A DNA stretch of 64,000 nucleotides. Source: Thermoplasmatota archaeon. Lineage in GTDB: Archaea > Thermoplasmatota > E2 > JACPAO01 > JAHFTW01. This document shows positions 47,521 through 59,176 of this stretch, in pieces. Position 1 is the first letter of the stretch. Every line of letters starts with the position of its first letter. The position numbers and the translations under genes are program-made. The notes beneath the pieces were generated by a model, which was not told the origin of the DNA, searched no databases, and was given only the letters and a program-made list of their open reading frames with translations. Location of the stretch: contig JBFIHX010000001.1 of the NCBI GenBank assembly GCA_041601615.1, positions 192,001 to 256,000 of the forward strand. Direction: 5' to 3'.

Positions 47521-48252
47521 TTATTGAAGAGGAAGCTTGTCCCACGAGCCGGCCAGAATACGCGGAATCGCCTCCCCCACGGGCTCCCGAAGTACGTGTG
47601 TGGCGCGAGCATCGTAGGGCGTCGCTTCCTGGTTGATCAGCACCACATCCGCGCCGCTTTCCAGGGCAAGATCCACGAGTCCGGCCGCCGGGTGCACTTG
47701 CAGGCTCGTGCCCGCCACCAACAACGTTCCTGCACCCTGCACGAGTGCCGCTGCCCGTTGTAGGCGCGTGACAGGCTCTCCAAACAGCACCACGTCGGGT
47801 TTCAGCAGGCCTCGACACTGCAAACAACGTGGCGCCTGCCCCTCGACGCGGCGCGCTAGGACCGCCTCCGTTGGCTCCTTGCGGGGGCATCCAAGGCACG
47901 CGACCCAGGCGCCGTTGCCGTGTAATTCAACGAGGCAGGCGGCAGGTGTTCCGGCCTTGGAGTGCAATCCGTCCACGTTCTGCGTCACAATCGCCGATAC
48001 GATCCCGGCCTGCGCCGCCTGGGCGAGGGCGATGTGCGCCGCGTTTGGCGCGGCATCGAGGTAGTCCATGGCGGCGATGAGTCGGGCGCGGCGGTCCCAA
48101 AAACGGGCGGGGTCCTGGTGGAATCGTTGGATGGTGAACTCCATCGCGTCAAATCGCTCCCAAACACCGCCGGGGCTGCGAAAATCAGGAATGCCACTGG
48201 CGGTACTGATGCCGGCACCCGTGAGCGCCACCACGGGGCCTCGAAGGTTCAC
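47521..48252 (-). CDS. cobB: Sir2-family NAD-dependent deacylase
   Basis: TGAGISTASGIPDFR, TQNVDGLH, ELHG, two CxxC, KPDVVLFGE, GTSLQVHPAA. Confidence 0.93.
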   Translation of the reverse strand: MNLRGPVVALTGAGISTASGIPDFRSPGGVWERFDAMEFTIQRFHQDPARFWDRRARLIAAMDYLDAAPNAAHIALAQAAQAGIVSAIVTQNVDGLHSKAGTPAACLVELHGNGAWVACLGCPRKEPTEAVLARRVEGQAPRCLQCRGLLKPDVVLFGEPVTRLQRAAALVQGAGTLLVAGTSLQVHPAAGLVDLALESGADVVLINQEATPYDARATHVLREPVGEAIPRILAGSWDKLPLQ

Positions 48253-48290
48253 AAAGGGGAGAGGGAGGGTAAGGAAAAAGTCCTAGCGAC

Positions 48291-49106
48291 CTAGGCAGGG
48301 GCCGAGTCGAGGGCACCGCAGGCGTCCTGGAGGATCGGCTTGACCTGGCGAGCCCAGGCTTCCCATTCTTCCACGACGGTCTCGATTTCCTTCTTCTCGC
48401 CTTCGAGGTCTTCGTAGACGCGGTACAGCTTGGCGAGGCGCTCGCGTTCCTCATCGAGGAGCTTTTCGAGTTCGCCCACGCGGCCGGCGTCGGCTTCTAC
48501 TTCTCGAAGGTCGCGCACTTCGCGTTCCATGCGCTGGATGTGTTCCTGGGTCTTTTCCAGTTGCACTTCCATGCGGTCCGCGTCCTGTTCGAGCTTGCGG
48601 TGGTCGCGCAGGAGGTTCTCGTAGTCCTCCTTGTATTGGCCGAGCCCTTGCAGGCGGGCAATCTCGCGCTTTTGGGATTCGACGAGGCGTTCGCGCTCGA
48701 AGAGCTTCTCTTCCATCAAGGGGTAGTCACGCTTGAGGCGGTCCAGTTCGTCCTCTTGGCTCTTGTAGGCGTCCCAGAGTTTGCGCAGGCGTTCTTGCTC
48801 GGTTTCCAGTTCGCGCTCGGTGCGCTGAACGCGGCCTTCCGAATCGAGGCTGGCGTTTTCGAGCTCCTCGATGCGAACCTCCAGTTCTTCGATGCTTGCA
48901 AGGAGGTTTTCGAGGTATCCGGTGCCAAGCATGCCCCGGATGCGTTCCAAGCTCTCTGCTTCTTGGCGGGCTTGGTCACGAACGAGGGCGATCTCCGACG
49001 CCACTTCCGTGAGGTTTTTCTTGATCTCGTCAGCGCCGGCCCGCGAGGTGGACCGGGTCGTGCGCGTCGTGGTGGTGCGGCGTTCGATGGAGCGGGCCAT
49101 GGGCAT
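48291..49106 (-). CDS. long coiled-coil protein
   Basis: Continuous E/K/R/L-rich heptads; internal repeat ExERLxKL(W/Y)xxY; start at 49106 or 49100. Confidence 0.8.
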   Translation of the reverse strand: MPMARSIERRTTTTRTTRSTSRAGADEIKKNLTEVASEIALVRDQARQEAESLERIRGMLGTGYLENLLASIEELEVRIEELENASLDSEGRVQRTERELETEQERLRKLWDAYKSQEDELDRLKRDYPLMEEKLFERERLVESQKREIARLQGLGQYKEDYENLLRDHRKLEQDADRMEVQLEKTQEHIQRMEREVRDLREVEADAGRVGELEKLLDEERERLAKLYRVYEDLEGEKKEIETVVEEWEAWARQVKPILQDACGALDSAPA

Positions 49107-49197
49107 TCCTTGCGTAGGAAGCCAGATGACGGCTGTAAATAAGGGCTCGGATTCTTCCAGGAGGGAGCAGGGCCGAGCCCTGGGCAATCAGGTCGGT

Positions 49198-49641
49198 TCA
49201 GCCCACTTCAGGCGAATCGGTCGGCATGGCCGGCAATGCGCCTTCTGCTTGTGCGTCCTTTTGGCCGACGCGCACTTGCGGCAATGGGATGGGCGGAGGC
49301 ATGCGGACGATCTTCGACAATCCGACTGCTTCGGGAAGGCACGCGGCGAGAATTCCCTGGTGCACTTGTTGGGCAATTTCGGGAGGCAGTGCGCGCTTGG
49401 CGTTCCATTCCACCATGGCGTCGTCTGCCTCGGGGCCGGTCCAGGTGAGTGTCCCTTCGGCTTTGATGACTCCGAGGGCACCGTAGCTCGTGGTGAATTG
49501 GAATTCCACGGCGAGTTTTTGCTCGTCTTGGACGACGTTGGCCAAGTGGGAATTGTGGTCGATGCGGATTTGCACCTTGCCAGCGGCGTCCTGGTATCGG
49601 CGCGCCTCCACGGACTTGAGGGCGACATTCGTGACGGGCAC
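49198..49641 (-). CDS. conserved archaeal hypothetical protein, possible SecB-like fold
   Basis: Four beta-like strands, then helices and MPPPIPLP; the fold call is inference. Confidence 0.6.
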   Translation of the reverse strand: MPVTNVALKSVEARRYQDAAGKVQIRIDHNSHLANVVQDEQKLAVEFQFTTSYGALGVIKAEGTLTWTGPEADDAMVEWNAKRALPPEIAQQVHQGILAACLPEAVGLSKIVRMPPPIPLPQVRVGQKDAQAEGALPAMPTDSPEVG

Positions 49642-49842
49642 GGGCCGGCCGATGGGGGGTTGGTGGAAAAGGGGTGCGGGAGAGGCACCCGAAACAATAG
49701 GGGCCGTGGCGTGGCGCGAGGTGGTGAAGGAGGTGGGAAAGAAGGCGAGAAAGGAAGCTGGGAGGAGGCGGAGGAAGAGGTACCGTCAATTCAGAGCGGT
49801 TCGGCCCCGAACAAGTCATGTGAATTGGCGAGCAAACTTTGC

Positions 49843-50394
49843 CTAGTTGGTGAGGCTGCGAACAAGTTGCGCCATTCGGGTGGGCACAGTCCGGCATACT
49901 TGCAGACAGCGGGCATATTCGTCCTTACACGCCGCATTGCACACATCGTACCAGTAGTCGCATAAGTCGGGGATGGAGATCGACATCACACCGTTCGTGG
50001 CATTCTTGCACTCAACGTAGGTTTTGTAACAGACCTTCAAGCACTCTTCGTAGGCTTCGAAGCATTGACGCTCGCAGGTCGGGGCGCTTGTCTCTCCAAA
50101 GGTCGGGCCGTCGGTTTGCGCCTCGTCGTCGCCAGCTCGGCTGGACGCCGCATGCATGGCGGCCAGGAACTTGGCAAACACTTCGCTTCTCGAGGCTTCT
50201 GCGTCGCCGTCGGCCAAGTCCAAAATGTCGTTGACCAAATCTTGGGACAAGACGCCTGCCACGACGGCGAGGTCGAGGGACGCCCGAAGTTCATCCGTGA
50301 TTTCCACGGGTGTTCCCACGGATTGGGCTTGGGAGGTGGGCATAAGGAGAGCCACGAGAGCTACTGCGATGATGGTGCGATGAATTGTGCTCAT
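49843..50394 (-). CDS. secreted protein with Cys-rich CxxxC helical C-terminus
   Basis: Signal peptide ending SQA; acidic linker; 10 Cys spaced mostly x3/x6. Confidence 0.8.
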   Translation of the reverse strand: MSTIHRTIIAVALVALLMPTSQAQSVGTPVEITDELRASLDLAVVAGVLSQDLVNDILDLADGDAEASRSEVFAKFLAAMHAASSRAGDDEAQTDGPTFGETSAPTCERQCFEAYEECLKVCYKTYVECKNATNGVMSISIPDLCDYWYDVCNAACKDEYARCLQVCRTVPTRMAQLVRSLTN

Positions 50395-50689
50395 GCAGCA
50401 AGGAAACGGTTAGGACCCTATTATAACTTCACGATGGAACGCGGATATTTTTGTTCAGTCAAAATTTTTCACTTATCCATAGGGGGGCCTTTATGCACTT
50501 ATATCCTAAAATGGGAGCATTCGGGAGGCATTCGAGCTCCACATCGGCCAGGGCCCAATCCCCCTCAACCGCCCACTCCGCCGCCCAAGATTCTTGCGGA
50601 TTTTGATGGCCAATCAACTCCGATTCAGGAGCAGATAGGAAGTGCCCGGCGGGGGCGGCGCGGAAGGTGCGATGCAAGTCCACAAATAG

Positions 50690-52363
<1,674 letters not shown>

Positions 52364-52428
52364 ACAACCCCGTTCGACGGTGATGGGGCAATCACTGCCC
52401 TTAGGAGGTCCTGCTGTGTGCCGCGCTC

Positions 52429-53559
52429 GTGTCCACGGTGGGGGGTTCTCGCGTTTCGGGGGAAAACGACCCCCTCGCCGTCGTTCGTGGCCCGGATCTT
52501 CGCGTAGCGCGAGGGGAGGCCATCGCAATTGTGGGCCGCAATGGCTGTGGCAAGACGAGCTTGCTGCGTGCCTTGGCTGGATTGTCGTCGCCGCTGCCGC
52601 CTCGGTCCGTGGAGGTGTCGGGGGGCGTGGAGTTGTTGTGGCAGGATGCCTTGGATGGGTTGGTTGGCTTGACGGTGGCGGGCGAGTTTCGCATGCGTCG
52701 TCGCTTTCTTGGCGGAGCGGTTGCAGGCCTCGAGGGTCGGGATGTTGCGACACTGTCGACGGGGGAGGCGCGCCGGGTGACCGTTGCATTGGCCGAGGTA
52801 TCCGATCGGAGCTTGCTTTTGCTGGATGAGCCCGCCGAAGGATTGGACGAGATGGGCTTGGAGCGATTGCGTGCGCTGGTGCGTCGAAGTCGGGAGCGCG
52901 GGGCGGTGTTGTTTGTGGACCCGACGGGGGTTCTTGCGGGCGAATCGACACGCGTTTTGGATCTTGGTGGCTCATGCCGGGCGGAAGTGGCGCCGTTTGT
53001 GACGGATGCGAGCGCAGCGGTTTCGGATCGTCGTTTGCAATGTCCCGAGGCCCTGGTGGTGCTGGGGCAGCGGGAGTTGCGGTTGCCTGCTTTGGATCTT
53101 GGCCCGGGCGTGCATGCGGTGTTGGGTCCCAATGGTTGTGGCAAGTCGACGTTGCTGCGGCGGTTGGCGGGGCTGGGCGCGGCACCCGTTGTTGCGCCGG
53201 GGCGGCCATGGTTGCCTTCTCGTGCCCGTGATTTGCTCACCGAGGCTACTGTTGAGCAGTGTTTGACCGGCATGGATGCGGATGTGGTGCGCGTGTTGGT
53301 GCCCGATCATCTTCGGTTGCGTCATCCGTTGACGTTGAGCGGCGGAGAGGCGCAGCGCGTGGCCTTGGCGGCGGTGTTGGGGCGAGATGCGGATGTGTAT
53401 TTGCTGGATGAACCGGAGGCGCACCTGGATGGCGCAGGGTACGGAGCACTGTGCTCGGTGTTGCGACGTCGATCGGACCGAATCGTGGTGGTCGCTACGC
53501 ACGATGCGCAGTTGCTATCAGCGGCCACGAGTCGAACCGATATGGAGGCGGCGACGTGA
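52429..53559 (+). CDS. compact double-NBD ABC ATPase (ECF A-A' type)
   Basis: GRNGCGKT/LSTGE/LLLDEP and GPNGCGKS/LSGGE/YLLDEP/ATHD within 376 aa. Confidence 0.85.
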   Translation: MSTVGGSRVSGENDPLAVVRGPDLRVARGEAIAIVGRNGCGKTSLLRALAGLSSPLPPRSVEVSGGVELLWQDALDGLVGLTVAGEFRMRRRFLGGAVAGLEGRDVATLSTGEARRVTVALAEVSDRSLLLLDEPAEGLDEMGLERLRALVRRSRERGAVLFVDPTGVLAGESTRVLDLGGSCRAEVAPFVTDASAAVSDRRLQCPEALVVLGQRELRLPALDLGPGVHAVLGPNGCGKSTLLRRLAGLGAAPVVAPGRPWLPSRARDLLTEATVEQCLTGMDADVVRVLVPDHLRLRHPLTLSGGEAQRVALAAVLGRDADVYLLDEPEAHLDGAGYGALCSVLRRRSDRIVVVATHDAQLLSAATSRTDMEAAT

Positions 53560-54746
53560 GGCCGCTGGCTGCGTGGGCGGTCCTGGTTGCATTGTCGCTT
53601 GCGACCACGGCAGCCTTGGTTGCGGTTTGGCCGGTGGCGGCTGCTTTGCTTGGCGTGTCTTTGCTTATGGCGCGTCGACGGGCGGGGCTTGTGGCGTTCA
53701 CGGTTGGTTCGCTTCTGGTGAATGGCTTGCTGTTGGCATTATTGGACCCCACGGGGCCGTCGCTGGAGGTGGGTCGAATCGTGTTTGGTTTGGATGGAGC
53801 ATTGCTTGGTGCGCAGGCGGCGGTTCGGCTCTCGGCGGCAATTGCGGTGAACGTGGCGGCGTTCGGTTGGTTGGCTCCAGCGCAGCTTCTGGATGGCCTT
53901 CGGCTTCCGCCCGCATGGACTGCGTTTCTTGCGGCGGTGCTGATTGCGGGGCAGGATTTGGGCAGGGATTTTGCGTCGCTTCGGGATGCTCGTCGTAGTC
54001 AGGGCCGTTGGCCGGAGGGTCGACTAGGGTCGTTGTGGGCGGCGGTGGCGGTGCTTCCAACGCTGATGGTCCATGCGGTTCGGCGTGCGGAGGTGCGCCG
54101 GGATGCGCTCATGCTTGCGGGTTTCCGCACGGGTCCTTTGTTTGCGCCCGTGGTGGCCGTGACGGCGCTCGGAGTTGCAGGGCGGCTGGCTTTGGTCGGG
54201 TTGCCCAATGTGGCGCTCACGTATGTTGTGGTGTTTCTTGGCGGGCTCGTGTTTGGGGTGCGGGTTGGGGTGTGGGCCGGGTTGTGGAGCATGGTGCTGT
54301 CGAATTTGGTGTTGACCGGGTTGTATCCTGGGTCGTTTGCCAATGCGCCGGCCATGGCGCTTCTTGGCTTGTTGGGTGGCTTATTGCGGCCTCTCGATTT
54401 GTCGGGCCCGGCGTCAAGTTCATTGGATCGGTTCTTGGGCCGGGTGCTTGCGGGCGGCGCCGGGTTCTTGGGCACTATGCTGTTTAGTGTCACTTCGGAC
54501 CTCTTTGAGTGGGTCCTGGCGCCGGAGTTGCGAGGCGACGTGGCGGTGCTCGTGGCGCGGGTCGTGGCGGGCCTTTTGTTCAATGTGGTTCCGGCGATTC
54601 TGAATGCGTTGGTGTTTGCTGCTTCGGTGGTGCCGGTGCACGCGGCGTTCCGGGCGCTCGAGGTAGGTGGAGCCGTGCGCCAGCAGCGGGATGAGCACGG
54701 GAGGCTAGTTGGGCGCGAGGGGTTGGATGGGATGTCCACCCAGTAG
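53556..54746 (+). CDS. ECF transporter T component fused to S component
   Basis: EcfT-like N-half (AVRRAEVRRDALMLAGF); S-component C-half (GRLALVGLPNV...GGLVFG...SMVLSN); GTGA overlap with the ATPase. Confidence 0.75.
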   Translation: MRPLAAWAVLVALSLATTAALVAVWPVAAALLGVSLLMARRRAGLVAFTVGSLLVNGLLLALLDPTGPSLEVGRIVFGLDGALLGAQAAVRLSAAIAVNVAAFGWLAPAQLLDGLRLPPAWTAFLAAVLIAGQDLGRDFASLRDARRSQGRWPEGRLGSLWAAVAVLPTLMVHAVRRAEVRRDALMLAGFRTGPLFAPVVAVTALGVAGRLALVGLPNVALTYVVVFLGGLVFGVRVGVWAGLWSMVLSNLVLTGLYPGSFANAPAMALLGLLGGLLRPLDLSGPASSSLDRFLGRVLAGGAGFLGTMLFSVTSDLFEWVLAPELRGDVAVLVARVVAGLLFNVVPAILNALVFAASVVPVHAAFRALEVGGAVRQQRDEHGRLVGREGLDGMSTQ

Positions 54747-55550
54747 GGCGACGATGGCCTCTGCCGTGGCCCACCAAGGCGTTGGGTCGGCGCCATCCGG
54801 TGCGCGGGCAAAGTGTCCGTCGGGGCGCTGTAAGTTGGCAAGCCAAGCTTTGGCCCCTGCCGCTTCGTCCTTGGCACCGGTGTGGGCGAAGATGGTGATG
54901 GCCCATGCGGTGCTTTGGGCGTTGGCGCCTACGCGGCCATCGCTGTAGCCGCCGCCGGGGGCCTCGTGGCTGCGAACGTGGGCTAGAAGGGCGGTTGTGT
55001 TGATGCGCCCAAGCGCGTCGTGTGCGGCGAGGGCAGCCACGGCAAAGCCGGTGCAGTCGAGGCTGCTGTAGCCATGGAGGCACGGAAATCCTCCGTCCAA
55101 ATTTTGCAGCTCCACAAGCGCTTGGAGGATTTCCTCGGTGTCGGCTTCGGGGGCGTCGAGGATGCTTGCAGACAGAAGCCAGAAGCCAAGGGTGCTGGCA
55201 GCGGGGGCGTCGAGGGCGATGGCGCGGCGGGCGGCAAGTTCGTCGCCTAGATGCAGGAGGCCTCGCGCCGGATCGTCGTAATCGCGGACCCCAGCAACCA
55301 GGAGAGCGTGCAGTGTGCGCAGTCCGTCGGCGGGACGGTCGGGGTCGGCTACGGGAAGGCGCAGGGCCGTGGTGTCTTGGCGGTTGCCGGCGGCGGCGAA
55401 CGCTTCGATGGTCTCGGCGGTGACGGGTTGGCTTTCGAGGAACGCGAGGGCGCGCTCGACGGCGCTAGGCGCGGGGGTTGGGTTCCCTTGGAGTCCTGCA
55501 ATCGCAAGGCCAAGAAACAGGATGCCGACCCCCCAGGCTGCTCCGTGCAC
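54705..55550 (-). CDS. secreted prenyltransferase/squalene-oxidase-repeat (alpha/alpha barrel) protein
   Basis: LQNLDGGF, GGGYS, STAWAI, LQRPDGHF, ATAEAIVAL repeats. Confidence 0.8.
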   Translation of the reverse strand: MHGAAWGVGILFLGLAIAGLQGNPTPAPSAVERALAFLESQPVTAETIEAFAAAGNRQDTTALRLPVADPDRPADGLRTLHALLVAGVRDYDDPARGLLHLGDELAARRAIALDAPAASTLGFWLLSASILDAPEADTEEILQALVELQNLDGGFPCLHGYSSLDCTGFAVAALAAHDALGRINTTALLAHVRSHEAPGGGYSDGRVGANAQSTAWAITIFAHTGAKDEAAGAKAWLANLQRPDGHFARAPDGADPTPWWATAEAIVALLGGHPIQPLAPN

Positions 55551-55612
55551 GGCGCCGGCAAACCGGGGCTTGTGAAAGCTTCATGGACGAATTGCAACTT
55601 GGCTTTCTTTGC

Positions 55613-56389
55613 ATGCAAGGCGGTTTTGCGGCGTTGACGCGGCGGGGCGAGGGTACGAGGTTGGCGGTTCTGGCGTTGTTGCTGGAGCATCCCACGGCGA
55701 GTCGGCAGCGCATCGGTGAGGTGTTGGGCATCACGTCCCAGGCGGTGAGTGCACAAGTGGCCGAGTTGCGGCAACGGGGTTGGATTGGGGGCGAGGATTC
55801 GCAGCCGACGCCGGCGGGTATCCAAGCACTCTCGGAGGGCGTTGCGGGGCTTCGTCGTGCTTTGGAGGCGTTGCAGAGGCCTTTGGCGTCGCTTGGCACG
55901 GTGAGTGCGCAGGCGCGGTGCGGGTTGCGGGCGGGCCAGCATGTTGGATTGTGGATGGTGGATGGCGATTTGGTGGCGGACGAGGACCTTCGCGCCGGCA
56001 GTAAGGGAATTGCCCGCACGGATGCAGACACCGGTTCCGAGGTGGTTGTGGGCTCATTGTCGGGCGTCGTGGAGCTTCGGCCTGGGTTGATTACAGTGGC
56101 GCGTTTGCCAGGGCCTTCCGAGGGTGGCACGGGCGGAATCGATGCCAAGCGGGTGCGGTTGTTGGTGCCGGACGGGGTGCGCGTGGGCGCCGTGGGGACT
56201 GGGGCGCGCATTCTTGCGGAGCAGACGGGGCGGTTGGATTATCCGTTTGGAGCCGAGGCGGCAGCCTTGAACGCGGCTGCACGCGGCGTGGATACGTTCC
56301 TTTGGGTCAGTTCTGATCGAATGGCGGAGGTGCTTGGCGCGATGGACGTGGAAGGCACCCGCGTTCGTGTTCTGGATGCCTCGGCGTGA
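55613..56389 (+). CDS. archaeal MarR-like HTH regulator with C-terminal extension
   Basis: RIGEVLGITSQAVSAQVAELRQRGWI; GLWMVDG; AAARG. Confidence 0.75.
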   Translation: MQGGFAALTRRGEGTRLAVLALLLEHPTASRQRIGEVLGITSQAVSAQVAELRQRGWIGGEDSQPTPAGIQALSEGVAGLRRALEALQRPLASLGTVSAQARCGLRAGQHVGLWMVDGDLVADEDLRAGSKGIARTDADTGSEVVVGSLSGVVELRPGLITVARLPGPSEGGTGGIDAKRVRLLVPDGVRVGAVGTGARILAEQTGRLDYPFGAEAAALNAAARGVDTFLWVSSDRMAEVLGAMDVEGTRVRVLDASA

Positions 56390-56404
56390 CTGATGCGTTG
56401 ATCG

Positions 56405-59137
56405 TCATCGCTCCGAGCGTCGCCACGCTACGCCCGGTGTGCGCGCTTTCCATAGAATCCAACCAATACCGCCGAGGCCTGCGACACCGGCTGCGGCGAT
56501 GCTGACCCAGAGCCAAGTAAGGCTTCGGGGCGGTGGCGGCGCGGGGGGAAGTTGGGCCGGAGGTAGAGCAGGCGGAGCCGGGGCTAGGAGCGGGTCGGTG
56601 CCGGCGTCCAATTCGAGGCGGTCGGAGATTCCGTCGCCATCTGTGTCTGCGCGCTTTGGATTCGTTCCCAGGATGGCTTCTTGATCGTCCGTGAGGCCGT
56701 CGTTGTCGTCGTCGGGGTCCGAGTTGTCGCCGATGCCATCCCCGTCCGTATCCACTTGCTCGTTTGGGTCTAAGGGGAAATCATCGTCGCCGTTGGCAAC
56801 ACCGTCCCCATCCGCATCCTCGCCTGGAAGGAGTTCTTCGCACGCGTCTCCAATGCCGTCTTTGTCTGCGTCGGCTTGTGCTGGATCGGGGTGGTCTGGA
56901 CATACGTCGAGGCCATCCGGTACGCCGTCTCCATCGCGATCCACGGCGGTGCCAAGATCGGCGGGGCGGACATTGCGCACGATGGTGGACCGGGCGCCTT
57001 GGTCGTCGGTCACCGAAAACCGGACTTGGTAGGTCTGGCCTGGGTCGGCAAAGGTGTGCTTGGTGGTTTCTTCGGCACTGCTGGAGCCATCGCCAAATTC
57101 CCATGCAAACGCCACGAGGTGGCCGTCCGAATCCGTGCCTTGGCTTTGGAATGCGACGGTTCCTGGTTCGCCTTCCACAAGGAACGCAGAAAGAGCCGCG
57201 ACGGGCGAGGTGTTGAGGACCCGCACTGCCACCGTGGCCTCGCCCACTCCGCCGTATTCATCGTAGGCGAGGGCCTTCACCGTGTGGGTTCCCACCATGG
57301 AAAAGGAGTGGCGGACGTTCATCCCTTCCAGCTCCTTGCCTTCGAAGGTCCAGACACAACGGCGCACTTGATCGCCGTCGAGGTCCGAGGCGTTGCAGGC
57401 AAATTCGTAGGCGTACCCGGTGGCCAGCAGGACCGGTTCTGTGACGCCAATTTGGACCGTGGGTGCGTGGTTGAGGATCTCCAGCACCCGGCAATCACGG
57501 TCCGTGCTGCCGGCATCGTCCTCCACTTCGAGGCACACCAAGTACGATCGGCGCTCCTGGAAAATTTGTGCCGCCTGGCCTGCCTTCAATTCGATTCCGT
57601 CGACAGTCCATGTGCGTCGAACGAGGGTACCGTCCGGATCAACACTGTCGTCTGCGAAGTTCACCTCTTCGTTGGGCCATGCTTGGACGGGCACTTCGGC
57701 CACAGCCTTGGGCGGGTCGTTGTCAATGACCACATCCTGAACGACGCTGGTTTGGGCGCCTTCGTTGTCTGTGACCGTGAGTCGCACGGGGTAGGTGCCT
57801 CTGGCCGGGAAGGTGTGTTTGAGTTCCTTCTTCGTGCCATCGACAGTTCCGTCATCATGAATGTCCCATTGCAGGGATTCCACGGTACCGTCGGCGTCCG
57901 TGCTTGTGTCGGTGAAGGTCCAGGGGGTGCCTGCGTCGCTGCGGCCAGAGGATTCAAAGGACGCCACTGGCGCGATGTTTTGCACGCGCACGATGTGCAC
58001 TTGGCACGGTTCGGCGACTCCGCCCAAATCGTCGTGGGCTAGAAACAGCAGCACCTCGTCGTCGTTGCCATCGATGGGAACTTGGACATGGAAACGCGCC
58101 GGATTGCCCTCGGCCAGTTCCACAAAGCTGGACCCAGGAGGAAGGTCGGGGGCGGCGATGGTGACATAATCGCCCTCGGGGCTCCTTGCTGCCACCTCGA
58201 ACGAAATGGTTCCATGCACGCGGGACGTCAAGGTCTCTCCGCAAGGCGTTGGCTCCAACCACTCGGGCGGTGCAGGCGCAGAATCGGACAATCGAATGAA
58301 GAAATCCACGGGCACTTTGCCCCGGTCATCCGTGATGCTGACTTGGGCAGAGTACAGCGTTGTGTCGTAGGAACTGGCCAGCGTGGCACCCCGAGTGTTC
58401 CAGGTTATGACGCCAGTCTCGGAGTCGATGGCGGCGGCGTTGGGTGCGTCCGGGGGTCCGGGGGGACGGAAGCTGCTGCCAATTTGTTGCCCAGTCACTT
58501 CGCTGATTTCATCTTCTCCCGCCGATTTGCCCGCACCTGCTTCCTCCGCATAGGCAAAGGAGAATACCGGATTCTTAGCCACGGTCGGGACTCGGAAGGT
58601 GCAGTCGCCCTCGATGGGGCAGTTGATGAAAGGCGGCATGAAGGCGCGGGGAGATCGAGTGGCCGTGACGCCGTCCAATTCCACGTACGTGCGGAAAATC
58701 ATGTTCTGGTCAGGATTGTTGACATGGTTGTTGCCGAGGCGCGCGTTTGCAGTGTGGCTGACAATCCATGCTTCCCCCTCGGCGGGCGGTTCTTGGAATA
58801 AGATTCTCGGTTTCGAACCGTCTTCCATTTGCATTTTGGCCGCGAACCAATCGTCACGCTCATTGACATAAGTCACGATCCAATCGAAGGAAACGGAGCC
58901 GCCCCCGCTACTAAGAACGCCAGATTGAATGGAGGCTCCGCGCTCGGGCGTCGCGCCATAGTAGGACGTACGGGCCAGAAACGATCCGTCAAACTCCACT
59001 TCCAAGGGATCGTCCAGGGTGCGCCACTCCAGGGAACCGCCTCGAAGATGCGAAGCCTCTGCGGAACCTGCTAGCAACAACAACGCAAAAGCGAGTGCAG
59101 AAAAAAGAAAAACAACGCCCCGCACGCGCCGAACCAT
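56405..59137 (-). CDS. surface protein with PKD domains, TSP type-3-like Ca-binding repeats and C-terminal TM anchor
   Basis: Signal peptide then ASHLRGG; WEFGDG; DGDGVPDGLDVCP; DTDGDGI; Pro linker and TM. Confidence 0.9.
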   Translation of the reverse strand: MVRRVRGVVFLFSALAFALLLLAGSAEASHLRGGSLEWRTLDDPLEVEFDGSFLARTSYYGATPERGASIQSGVLSSGGGSVSFDWIVTYVNERDDWFAAKMQMEDGSKPRILFQEPPAEGEAWIVSHTANARLGNNHVNNPDQNMIFRTYVELDGVTATRSPRAFMPPFINCPIEGDCTFRVPTVAKNPVFSFAYAEEAGAGKSAGEDEISEVTGQQIGSSFRPPGPPDAPNAAAIDSETGVITWNTRGATLASSYDTTLYSAQVSITDDRGKVPVDFFIRLSDSAPAPPEWLEPTPCGETLTSRVHGTISFEVAARSPEGDYVTIAAPDLPPGSSFVELAEGNPARFHVQVPIDGNDDEVLLFLAHDDLGGVAEPCQVHIVRVQNIAPVASFESSGRSDAGTPWTFTDTSTDADGTVESLQWDIHDDGTVDGTKKELKHTFPARGTYPVRLTVTDNEGAQTSVVQDVVIDNDPPKAVAEVPVQAWPNEEVNFADDSVDPDGTLVRRTWTVDGIELKAGQAAQIFQERRSYLVCLEVEDDAGSTDRDCRVLEILNHAPTVQIGVTEPVLLATGYAYEFACNASDLDGDQVRRCVWTFEGKELEGMNVRHSFSMVGTHTVKALAYDEYGGVGEATVAVRVLNTSPVAALSAFLVEGEPGTVAFQSQGTDSDGHLVAFAWEFGDGSSSAEETTKHTFADPGQTYQVRFSVTDDQGARSTIVRNVRPADLGTAVDRDGDGVPDGLDVCPDHPDPAQADADKDGIGDACEELLPGEDADGDGVANGDDDFPLDPNEQVDTDGDGIGDNSDPDDDNDGLTDDQEAILGTNPKRADTDGDGISDRLELDAGTDPLLAPAPPALPPAQLPPAPPPPRSLTWLWVSIAAAGVAGLGGIGWILWKARTPGVAWRRSER

Positions 59138-59176
59138 GGCGGGCGAACGATTTGATGGTGTCGCAGGACCCACGGC

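Noticed and set aside
47521-48252. Sir2 as an anti-phage (Thoeris/DSR) effector
   Set aside because: It is an ordinary zinc-binding CobB-type deacylase in a housekeeping context with no defence partners.
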